Shown in pieces: positions 19,718 through 28,729 of a DNA stretch of 64,000 bases. The position numbers and the translations under genes are program-made. Under the pieces are notes generated by a model, which saw nothing but the letters and a program-made list of their open reading frames with translations, had not been told where the DNA came from and ran no database searches. The stretch's first letter is position 1. Each line of letters starts with the position of its first letter. Source of the DNA: an uncultured virus (IMG/VR IMGVR_UViG_3300009285_001861) (taxonomy: Duplodnaviria > Heunggongvirae > Uroviricota > Caudoviricetes); the IMG/VR virus record IMGVR_UViG_3300009285_001861; one strand, written 5' to 3'.

Positions 19718-21243
19718 TGGAAGAAATCGACCTGGAGTATCCGCTAACGACCTTATGGGTGGTACTATAAGGTATACCCTATGAAGTCGAGGCTTACATT
19801 ACCGGATCCGGAAACCAACTTGGGGAAGTTGGCTCAGTTGGACTTACTCCACAGGGAGTACATCAAGTACCTACAATCGTGTATTGAGAAGATGGTCTCC
19901 GACCGGATTATCAGCCTCGCCCCATCAGCTCGACGGACATACTTCGCTAAATCGGAGTCCCTCTCGTCACAAATCGTCAAGAATGCTCAAATGCAGGCTC
20001 AAGCGATGATGCTTACTTGGGCTTCTGGGGTCTACGGTCGAGTCCTCAAAGGAAAGATCTCCTCGGAGAGAGTCACTGAAAAGAACCCTGATGGCATTTA
20101 CAGTGAATTGGAGGCTATTCAGCTCTACACGATTGGGAAGTACCATCTGACCCACGGAGGGAAATTCGGGAAGGGGTCCATCAGCCAAGAATTGGTTGAC
20201 CTATATTGGTCGTGGATGTGGGATCCCGAGTTGGTGGGAAATCCTCCAACGATCAGTGAACGGTTTCCCATGCAACTCTCGGAGATGACTTGCTCTATCG
20301 AGGAATCCAAGTCCTTACACTTCAAGGGTTGGTGGCTCCGTTTCTCCACCCTCACTCGATACAAAACCGTCGTAATACCACTCAAGGCATCTCCGTTCCT
20401 TCGTAGTCCCAAGGATGTCCAGTTGACGGTCATGGCCCAAAAAACGCCAGTTGGGAGTTGGGTCTTCCAGTTCTCCGAGAAGTCTGAGGACCCTATCTTC
20501 GATGGTTCGGCCGGTAAGTTGGGGGTTGACGTTGGACTGAATGTCTTAGCGGCCACTTCAAGTGGAACCCTTTATGGTCAACGGTTTAAGACCAAGTTCA
20601 ATAGGCTCCACAAACGAGTTCAGTCTATTCGAGCTAACAGGAAACGACAGGGCTTCTTGGAGGACTCCAGGCGTCTTTGGGCCTTGGAGCGAAGGCTCTC
20701 TGGCCAGATCAAGACGGCCACTAATACAATAGCCAATCAGCTAGTTAAGAGCCACCCGAGCACGACCTTCGTGGTTGAGGACTTGGACCTATCGGAAACC
20801 AAAGGGTCGAAGAGGTTTGCCTACCGAGCCCTCCAATTAAGCCTCGAATGCAAAGCAGTCACCGAGAAGGTGAACCCGGCTTACACGAGTCAGGAATGCC
20901 CCTCGTGTCACTATGTCTCCCGGAGTAACCGCAAGGGAGTCAAGTTTGTCTGCCAGAGTTGTGGCAGGAAGAGTCATGCGGATTTCATTGGAGGATCCAA
21001 TCTGCTCGGACGTTCCGAGGACAAACAGATTGGGTTGAAAACCCCAGTGAAATCGGTGAAAGCGATCTTGGAGGAAAGGCACCGCTTGCGGTTCAGATCA
21101 CCAAGATCCCTGTTAGTTGGAGCTCAAACCGATGAGCCCGGAGCTTACTGTGGGGGTATTGATCGAAAGGTCATCACCCGCATAGCTCCAAAACAATCGA
21201 TACCCGTTCGTCCCTCACGGGATGGATGCATATAGATTGTCAA
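19718..21243 (+). mobile_element. Non-autonomous IS200/IS605-like element (TnpB only)
   Basis: Opposite orientation to neighbours; right end TCAA; excision restores the flanking ORF. Confidence 0.55.
19781..21235 (+). CDS. tnpB: TnpB RNA-guided endonuclease
   Basis: RuvC-I GVDVGL, RuvC-II VVEDL, PAYTSQECPSC...CQSCG zinc finger, RuvC-III HAD. Confidence 0.9.
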   Translation: MKSRLTLPDPETNLGKLAQLDLLHREYIKYLQSCIEKMVSDRIISLAPSARRTYFAKSESLSSQIVKNAQMQAQAMMLTWASGVYGRVLKGKISSERVTEKNPDGIYSELEAIQLYTIGKYHLTHGGKFGKGSISQELVDLYWSWMWDPELVGNPPTISERFPMQLSEMTCSIEESKSLHFKGWWLRFSTLTRYKTVVIPLKASPFLRSPKDVQLTVMAQKTPVGSWVFQFSEKSEDPIFDGSAGKLGVDVGLNVLAATSSGTLYGQRFKTKFNRLHKRVQSIRANRKRQGFLEDSRRLWALERRLSGQIKTATNTIANQLVKSHPSTTFVVEDLDLSETKGSKRFAYRALQLSLECKAVTEKVNPAYTSQECPSCHYVSRSNRKGVKFVCQSCGRKSHADFIGGSNLLGRSEDKQIGLKTPVKSVKAILEERHRLRFRSPRSLLVGAQTDEPGAYCGGIDRKVITRIAPKQSIPVRPSRDGCI

Positions 21244-22468
21244 CGGTCCTGTTCCTCACTGCATTGGACAGAGCAATACAGATACCGTCTCAAGACGGGT
21301 TTGCAGCAATAGCCACAGAGATAGTCTTCATTGTGGTCCCACTCCTCAACGAACAGGGGCCGGATGATATCGTAGAACCGGGACAACAACCTATATCGGA
21401 GAGAGGAGTCAGGGTGGTTGGGCATCCTGGGGTCATGTTTGGGCCAGGGTCGGGATCGGAACGCGAAGCTGAGATGGCCAATCATGGTTCTCACGTGAAC
21501 TCCCAACCTTCAATACGGTCCTTGGATTTGGGTCTTGACAATTCCAGGATCTTGGTCAAGGAGGCATCTGAAAGCCTGTAGGCCCCTTCCTTCCAGTGAC
21601 CCAAGCACCCATACAGCAACCTCCCACGGTTATCCCACACAGCATAGCAGCACTCGTAGATGGTCACTGCAATGTAGCCATCTGTGTAGATCAGGGCATG
21701 GGTCTCTTCCCCCATGGGGTTGACATCAAGGTTCTGTGTGGGAGCCACGTCCACCGGGAACTTGTAGTCCGGGTGGTCCGCATGCTCATCTTCCAAGAGG
21801 AGGTTCCCTCTAATGCAACGAACGGGTAGCCCATTGGGGGAGATGACAATCCCACCTTGGGCAATAGCCTTGGCGACAATTACCTCCCAAGTATCATACA
21901 TGTTACTTCTCAGAGACCAGCTGTTCAATGACCCAATTGACGACCCATCCCACTAGCCCAATCAGGACGGACAATCCCCAAACCTGGAGGAATGTGTAGG
22001 GGCCATGAAACGAATGGGGCATTAGCGTGGTCAGGATCATCCAACAGATTAGGGCTGTAAGGGCGGACACCCCTACAATATAAGCCAATATGAGGAGGAT
22101 CATTACGAGACCTGCGAAGATATCAGCCATGGTGCCTAGTCCTCTCGCTTCGACAGAGCCGCACAGGCCACATAGCCCGGAACCCCGTCCACAAATACCA
22201 CCCAATCCTGGTCAGGATAGGGCTGGAAGGGAGTGTCCCTGACCGTCACCTCGCTGGTTACAGGTCCGCCAATCATGGCGTGGTAGTTGGCTAAAGCCCC
22301 GAGTTTGATCCAAGGGGCAGGCTTCTTGACCTTGTGCTTCTTCATGTCCTCTTTACTCTCACGGGCAGGTTTGGGTCCCGCCATTAGGTAGTCCACCAAT
22401 ATCGAGTAGCCGTTGGGGTCGTACAGTTCCAGGGTGAATCCCGGAAGCAACTTCTTGGCAGACTTCAT
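21240..22468 (-). other. Four small hypothetical genes (21240-21506, 21491-21928, ~21903-22130, 22136-22468)
   Basis: Tiled ORFs. Confidence 0.55.
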
Positions 22469-22951
22469 CTAGATGTCCAAAGGAAGTACAAGCGTCTTCG
22501 CCAGATTGCTGTTGGTGAAGCGTTTGTCTGCGGTGACCTCATTCCCAAGCCATGTCGGGATCTCAAAGGTCTCTTGTTCGTGGGTGAGTTCGATCTCGGC
22601 CAGCCACAGGCCAACGTGTGCCCCCGTGAACTGGTCGATCTCCCAGGTATGCTGGCCCACTTGGACTTTGCGACGGACTTTCGTGAGAGACGTGGGGCAC
22701 AGCTTCAGCAGCTCCTCAGCATCTCGGGGTGGGATCTCATACTCGAATTCACTTCGTGTCATAAGCCCAGGCCCCTTGATGGTGATCCATGCCTTGGCGT
22801 GGTCCGTTCCCCCATCGGCAAGTCTTACCCGCACTGCGGGTTTCGATGACAAGTACCCCTGGGCAAAACAGGACCCGCCCGTTTTGGCTTCCGGTGGGAG
22901 CCTGTCAATGTGAACCAGGAACTTGCGCTCAATCTCTTGGGGGATAGTCAC
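22469..22951 (-). CDS. CYTH-domain (triphosphate tunnel) protein
   Basis: EIERKFLV, VRVR, ITIKG, EFEY, KVR, WEID, LAEIEL motifs. Confidence 0.92.
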   Translation of the reverse strand: MTIPQEIERKFLVHIDRLPPEAKTGGSCFAQGYLSSKPAVRVRLADGGTDHAKAWITIKGPGLMTRSEFEYEIPPRDAEELLKLCPTSLTKVRRKVQVGQHTWEIDQFTGAHVGLWLAEIELTHEQETFEIPTWLGNEVTADKRFTNSNLAKTLVLPLDI

Positions 22952-23898
22952 TTGGGGTCTCTATTCTTGTGGCAAACCATGTGCAGAAGTCCCTGGTCCT
23001 CCAAGATACGGAGTTCTTGCTCCTCCCATGTAGGACCGGATTCAACGTACCACTTGAAGGGCTGTGGCTCCTTGGGCCACACCTTTGATTTCTGTGGGGC
23101 CTGGAAGGAGTCATGTAGGAGTAGCATCTTGACAGGATATTGTTTGAGTGTTTCTTGGATGTCCTCAAGCACCTTCTGAAGATGGGCAGGGTCCACCAAT
23201 GGGACCTTCACTGGTTCCTCACGTGCTGTATGGTCCAGGAAGCATATGATTTTGCCCGTGGGGTGTTTCACTTGGACCACCACTTCGCCAGATAGCGAAC
23301 CCCTCTACGCCAAAGGGTGACCTTACCGTACTCCTCTTGGCAGTACCTCTCCAACCGGGCTATCTCCCGTTTGGAGAGAGCCCGGTTGAACACCATGACT
23401 TCGTGGATCTTAATGTCTTGGTGGGTGCTCACCTGGATACCCACTTGGTCAATGTGATGGTTACTAGGCGCCAATAGAATGCTAGTGTATCATGGATACG
23501 AGAACTGAGACTGCGTTTCATTTGAGTCCGCGTTCCCTTGTAGCCAATTCCGTTGACACCGCCAACTTGTATGGGATGACCCGGTCGCAATCCCACCGGT
23601 CTTTCGTCACTGTCGCGGATCCATCAGGATGGACCATCTCCAAGTACCCGGCCGTGTGAAGCACCTGTACTGGAAAATAACGGTCATTCGGAGTTTTTAG
23701 GGGGGTATCTCGATAGATGGCGAGCTCGTAACAACCCGCCCGTTCAATCAGATACACACGAAGATGGTCCCCCCACTCCTCACGAAATGTGTCCCGTAGC
23801 TTCTCAAGGTATCCCTTGAGTTTGTCTGGCCGGTCTGCGTTCTGACCAATGGCCGAGCATAGCAGGCCTATCGTTTGGGCCCAGTTAGCACTCATAGC

Positions 23899-25056
23899 TC
23901 AATGACCATCCTTGGCATCCTTGCGTTCAAGGTAGGCGTCCGAGATGTACTTGAGGATCTTGCGGCCCTGGAAGCCAGATGCCAGCTGCTGGCCCTGATA
24001 GAAGTCCACTCTGGTCTCCGGTTCAGAGGTCACAACCACACCTTCCCGGACATGCTTAGCCCCAGGAAGGGTAGAGGCGCCGTCCCGCAATGCCTGGACA
24101 GATTCCTTGTTGAAGGGACCCCGGTATAGGACCGGGACTGTCTGAAGACCCAGGACCTCGGCCACCTTCTCAATGACCTCCCGTCCCTGGTACCGCCCAT
24201 CAACTAGAACGTCGATGATCCGGACCTGCTGCACATTGGCTTCACAGCCATAGGTCAGATCCTGAATGCCACTTCCAAAAAGCTCGGCGAAGATGATGTA
24301 GTGCTCCGTCATCGGCCATGAGCCATTATCGTTCTGGACTAAAGCACGAACCTTGTCCTCAGGAAGGAACTTGGCAGCCGCCAATGAATAGGCATTGGTT
24401 CCCTTGGGGTCCCTGGCCGTGTTGTGGGTTCCCACCATGTAGGTTGGCGTAGCCACCCCATCGGTGACCATGCCATCAACTACCAGGGCCACCCTGAAGT
24501 TGGTTCCATGAATCTTCTCGGTCACACGCACCGGATCCCCTTCCGCAAACACGTCGGGGAAGTTCTTGGCATTCTCGATGTGGGTGTAGGACTGGAATGC
24601 CCCGGGACACCGGATCATGTCTCCAGACATGTTCGAGGGGATCGGTGGCTCATACCGCTCAATCCCAAGAGCCTCTGTCCAGGTCCCCCAATGTCCCCCA
24701 AGAGGGGCAATCTCCACCCCTGTTTCGCCTGGAAGCATACCGGGCAGGGACTCGGGAACCGGGATCAGAAGACCCTGGCTCAACGCACCCCGGAGGCGGA
24801 TTGTCTTGAGCTTGTGTGCAGGGCGACCATTAGAAAGCTTCTTGGTGGCTTTGTCCTTGAGGAAATCAAAGCTGGGAAGCGACACGTCAAGCAGCGCGTC
24901 AATGGCGATGTAGATGCCCTCTCGGACATCCCCCCACTGTTCCGTCTGGGTCACGCACTGCCAATCCATCCCATCAATTGTGGCGATGGACAGCTTGTCC
25001 GCGTTCGGGTGCTTATTGAGGGTGAATTTGACTTGTCGTGCTAGTTCTGTGGCCAT
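23899..25056 (-). CDS. RNA ligase, DRB0094/Rnl5-type
   Basis: HPNADKL, IRLRGALSQGL N-terminal domain; TEKIHGTN motif I; REGVVV motif IV. Confidence 0.9.
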   Translation of the reverse strand: MATELARQVKFTLNKHPNADKLSIATIDGMDWQCVTQTEQWGDVREGIYIAIDALLDVSLPSFDFLKDKATKKLSNGRPAHKLKTIRLRGALSQGLLIPVPESLPGMLPGETGVEIAPLGGHWGTWTEALGIERYEPPIPSNMSGDMIRCPGAFQSYTHIENAKNFPDVFAEGDPVRVTEKIHGTNFRVALVVDGMVTDGVATPTYMVGTHNTARDPKGTNAYSLAAAKFLPEDKVRALVQNDNGSWPMTEHYIIFAELFGSGIQDLTYGCEANVQQVRIIDVLVDGRYQGREVIEKVAEVLGLQTVPVLYRGPFNKESVQALRDGASTLPGAKHVREGVVVTSEPETRVDFYQGQQLASGFQGRKILKYISDAYLERKDAKDGH

Positions 25057-25073
25057 GATGGGTTACCTTACTC

Positions 25074-25598
25074 TCAGACTGGGGCAGGTTCGGGGGAATA
25101 CAACAGCTCTTCGATCTTCCGGTCAAACCCCTCCCACTTCGGAATCCACACATCAAATCCCCGCTTGATCTGCTTGGCCTTGGCATACGGAAGCAAGAAG
25201 GGGGCATCCTTGTGGTAGTCAATATGCCGGATCTCAATGAAGCCCTTCTTGGCCAAGTTGTTGTGGATCCGCTTCTCCATAGGATGGACTGTTTGGTCCA
25301 GGCGGAAAGGAACAGCCTGCTGGCTGACGGTCCACTCCTGAGCATCCTCGATGGTAGGTTGCGCAATCCCTCTCCAACTCCGTACATGGATCATGGAATC
25401 AATAAGGTGGTGCCGATGCCACCCCACCATCGTGTATAGCAATAGGGCCTGAGGGTGGGTGAGGTTGAACTTAGCCCGGAGTTTGAAGAGGTCATAGCGA
25501 ATCTCCACCTCTTCCCAGGGAGGGTCGAAAGGCGGGAGCTTCTCGTAGGGCAATTGACGCGGTGGATACTTGGCGACGTACTCTTCCCAAAGGGTCAT
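25074..25598 (-). CDS. Hypothetical protein
   Basis: 174-aa ORF in operon. Confidence 0.6.
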   Translation of the reverse strand: MTLWEEYVAKYPPRQLPYEKLPPFDPPWEEVEIRYDLFKLRAKFNLTHPQALLLYTMVGWHRHHLIDSMIHVRSWRGIAQPTIEDAQEWTVSQQAVPFRLDQTVHPMEKRIHNNLAKKGFIEIRHIDYHKDAPFLLPYAKAKQIKRGFDVWIPKWEGFDRKIEELLYSPEPAPV

Positions 25599-25753
25599 GG
25601 TTGGTGTTACTCTTACAGGAGACCCTCCCGTGCCCGCACGATTTTTTTCACGGCTGCCCCGGATATCCCAAACTCCCTACCCACAGCTTCGTAGTTGTAT
25701 AGTTCGAGGTACCGCAACCGTACCGCGTCATGGTTTGATATTGAACCCACATT

Positions 25754-25827
25754 TGGTTCGTGGCGCGGGTATCGATCCCGCCTCTCTAGGGTCAAAGCCT
25801 AGCGTCTTGCCAATGGACCAGCCACGA
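25754..25827 (-). tRNA. tRNA-Gln(TTG)
   Basis: CTAGG-CTTTGAC-CCTAG; CCA. Confidence 0.87.
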
Positions 25828-25831
25828 ATAG

Positions 25832-25902
25832 TTCGCGGGCGTGGAGTCGGACCACGATACGAGGCTTCAGAGACCTCTGCTCGGCCGTTGAGCTACCCGC
25901 GA
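25832..25902 (-). tRNA. tRNA-Gln(CTG)
   Basis: GAGGT-CTCTGAA-GCCTC. Confidence 0.87.
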
Positions 25903-25929
25903 AAAACTAACAGTCAGAACCGGTTAAGG

Positions 25930-26349
25930 TCACTGCTGCTGTTGCTGGGGTTGCTGGCGGGGTTGTAGGGTGACGATCCCTAGCGTAGCGGATTTGGAGT
26001 TCGCACGGTGCCCTGCACCCAACCCCGTAAGGGAGGCATCGGTGCTGCACCAAAGTGGACCAAGGGAATTCATTGAGTGCGCCGGACCTGGATCGAACAG
26101 GTATGTCTCCCTCTTCAGGGGAGTGCATGGACCACCACTGCCACCGACGCGAACGCCAAGGCGCCGCCCGGTAAACTTGTCTGTGGATCCAGTGCTCATA
26201 GTGCGCGAGGCCGGGTACGATCCGGCGACTTCTCGATTATCGGTCGAGTATTCTTCCACTGAATTACCCGCGCATGCTGCGTCAGCTGCCATCGTCGAAG
26301 CGATGGCGCCGGTAATGCACGGGCTAGCAATGTGGAGGGAGGGGTTCAT
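25930..26349 (-). CDS. Leader/read-through ORF spanning tRNA-Ile and tRNA-Phe, ending QPRQQPQQQQQ before Gln tRNAs (internal ATGs at 26199, 26073)
   Basis: 139 open codons starting just after the promoter; Ile x3, Phe, Gln x8 each placed before the cognate tRNA. Confidence 0.7.
   Translation of the reverse strand: MNPSLHIASPCITGAIASTMAADAACAGNSVEEYSTDNREVAGSYPASRTMSTGSTDKFTGRRLGVRVGGSGGPCTPLKRETYLFDPGPAHSMNSLGPLWCSTDASLTGLGAGHRANSKSATLGIVTLQPRQQPQQQQQ
26078..26150 (-). tRNA. tRNA-Phe(GAA)
   Basis: CTCCC-CTGAAGA-GGGAG. Confidence 0.85.
26202..26273 (-). tRNA. tRNA-Ile(GAT)
   Basis: CTCGA-CCGATAA-TCGAG (C33). Confidence 0.85.
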
Positions 26350-26367
26350 GTCAGGTCACTTAGCGGA

Positions 26368-26396
26368 TGTATAGGGACTCTACCGTGGGTTGTCAA
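26368..26396 (-). promoter_or_regulatory. sigma70-type promoter of Ile-Phe-Gln operon
   Basis: TTGACA-N17-TATACA. Confidence 0.72.
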
Positions 26397-26902
26397 GGCT
26401 TGGATTCGGAATCGACAGGAATGGACGCTATGGGATGTTTTTGCAGGATCATCAGGACGGCGGTTTCACCTTCGGCAACCCACACCCAATCGTATTGGTC
26501 GCCATTGAGGGAGCCGTTGATGGCTTCCCGAGCTTGGTCCCAAGACTGATCCAGGATGACCCGGCTCTTCTCTTCACGGCTCTTCCAGGAGGAGGTTTTC
26601 CTCTTGACAAACCTGGAAAGGATAATGTAGGCCGTTCCGTAGGCTACCGCGAACACGATCAATGTGTAGGCGGCGATCCAATTGGGAGAGCCCGTTCCAA
26701 GGATGGTGGTGAGCCAGTTCATGGCGTTCCCTCGCTCGTCAGGGAGTGCCCGGATGTCATGTACCGGTAGGCCCAGCGGAGTCTTTGGACCAGGGGTAGG
26801 CCCCCTTGCTTGCTTGTTAGCTGGAAGTGTCGGTACCCGGCCACCAACATTTTCCAGGCTGAGATTCTTGATGCCATGGTTAGCTTACTCTCCAAACAGT
26901 AG

Positions 26903-26981
26903 TAGGTGGACGGGAATTGAACCCGCACGACCGGGTGGCTTTCAACCTCGCCCCGGCGCTCTATCCAACGAGCATCCACCT
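26903..26981 (-). ncRNA. tRNA-like element lacking a canonical anticodon loop
   Basis: D arm GCTC/GAGC, T arm GCGGG-TTCAATT-CCCGT, 6-bp acceptor; 16-nt insert in anticodon arm. Confidence 0.65.
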
Positions 26982-27495
26982 TGCCACCCCATTGTCACCC
27001 TGGGGGCCGGGCTCGCAAACCGTGTGGGACTCCGTCAATGGGTCAACTCGCAAACCCATTTGACTTAGACCCTTCGGCCTGACACTAAGACTTCGATTCC
27101 TCCCTGGCCTTGTCCGCTAGGTACCTCATTACCGCCCAATCCATGGTGTAGATGGGGTCCCCTTGGGCAGGGCGTTTGTCACAGTCCTCAGGAGGAAGAC
27201 CTGCCTGCATGGCCTCAATGAAGGCCCAGTTCTCATCGGTGTTGGGCATCTTGAAGTCATTGCAGCCATGGTTGCTGAATTGGTCCGCTGCCACATCCAG
27301 CATCTGGCCAACGAGTTCAAGTTCCTTCTTGGTCATGCTACAAGTTACCCCTGGCTCTGACCTTGGGGGAGGAAAAAGCGGGTCACAGGATCCTCCTGCA
27401 TCTCAGGGGGGAAGGGCTCCCACAGGCCCACCCGTGGCTTCGGTCCCCTGCATACTACTTGTACGACACCCGCAAGGTACAGTACCCAGAAAATT

Positions 27496-27570
<75 letters not shown>

Positions 27571-27574
27571 CTAG

Positions 27575-27645
27575 AGCCCGCGAAGGGAGTCGAACCCTCT
27601 CAGGCCTGCTTACGATGCAGGTGCCTTCCCCAAGGCGACACGGGC
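27575..27645 (-). tRNA. tRNA-Thr(CGT)
   Basis: CCTGC-ATCGTAA-GCAGG. Confidence 0.87.
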
Positions 27646-27650
27646 AGGGA

Positions 27651-27723
27651 AGCTGAGGATCCGACTTGAACGGACAACCCCCGCATTACAAGTGCGGTGC
27701 TCTACCAGTTGAGCTACCCCAGC
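27651..27723 (-). tRNA. tRNA-Thr(TGT)
   Basis: CCGCA-CTTGTAA-TGCGG. Confidence 0.92.
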
Positions 27724-27750
27724 AAACTACGATCAGTACAAGGCGCGTGA

Positions 27751-27807
27751 TTAACCCTTTCGGGTCAATCCGGCGGTACGTGTTCGCGTCGTGGTGAAGA
27801 ATCTCAT
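27751..27807 (-). CDS. Putative Thr-sensing leader MRFFTTTRTRTAGLTRKG
   Basis: 6 Thr codons (ACC, ACG, ACG, ACA, ACC, ACC); stop in hairpin GATTGACCC-GAAA-GGGTTAATC. Confidence 0.8.
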   Translation of the reverse strand: MRFFTTTRTRTAGLTRKG

Positions 27808-27828
27808 CGTGGTTACTCTAGAGCGGGC

Positions 27829-27857
27829 AGTATAGGGATTCCAACGGGACCTGTCAA
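27829..27857 (-). promoter_or_regulatory. sigma70-type promoter of Thr operon
   Basis: TTGACA-N17-TATACT. Confidence 0.82.
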
Positions 27858-28299
27858 GTCAGTCAAGTTACCAGGATACAAGATAGGCGGGCCAGTTGTG
27901 AACTTGGGAAGGGGTGCCGCATTTCAAACAGAACTTGCCAAACCATGGCCTCTCTGGATTCAAGTTTAGGCATTTGACCTGATCCAACGAGAGTGGTTCC
28001 AGGCGTTGACTGCGTGTACTGAAGGTATGACCTAGCAGCCAGCACCAAGTTCGTGTGCGTTTTGAGCTAGTAGGTGGGGAGGGGTGGCGATAGGGCATGG
28101 TCTCAGCCGCTTCGGCTGAAGCTCGGGATTTCCTGGCCCGCACGTAGAGCCGCAAGGGCGACCTGCATTTCCTGCTCATCATATGGATTGAACCAGCCTG
28201 TTCGGGCCATATCCTCAAGCTCTGTTTGCCAGAGCGTTCGGGTAGGAGCATCCAAGTTCTCCTCCTCGTCAAGGGCAGCCTGGATTGGTTTCCTGTCTG

Positions 28300-28724
28300 T
28301 TACCATCCGGAGGAACTCGTTCTTGTGCCATCTGGGGTTATGACTTCCAGGTCCACACTCGTGGAGTAGTAGCCATTGGAGGTTCCGTACCAGCGTACGG
28401 TGACGGTACCTTTGGATGTTCCGAAGCGGTAGAATGTCCACTGGTAGCTAGCCGGAGCATCTGTCAAATGGTTCTGACATTTGCATGGGAGCTCTTCGTC
28501 TGAGGAAACCTCTTCGGCCAAGACAAAAGGGGACCCAAGAGAAGATCTTGAACATCACCAATGATGTCCTCAATACCGACTGATTCACAACATCTCTGAC
28601 TGTGGTAGAACCGGAAGGTTGTGCCATCGGTGGACGTGAATAGCATCCCACCATCCAGGCTCTCCCCATCCAGAATGGAGACCATTGTGTGACCAATCAT
28701 TGCGGACAGGATATTGACTTCCAT
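28300..28724 (-). pseudogene. Frameshifted conserved phage gene (YHxQxCCESV...WTFY...RWYGxSNGYYS family)
   Basis: N-half and C-half motifs in different frames; shift near 28535. Confidence 0.65.
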
Positions 28725-28729
28725 TGGCT

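Noticed and set aside
19781..21300. TnpB as a Cas12-type CRISPR effector
   Set aside because: No repeat-spacer array or cas genes nearby; the flanks fit an IS200/605-like insertion.
26903..26981. Calling the tRNA-like element tRNA-Trp, tRNA-Phe or tmRNA
   Set aside because: No 7-nt anticodon loop, no G3-U70 pair or tag reading frame.
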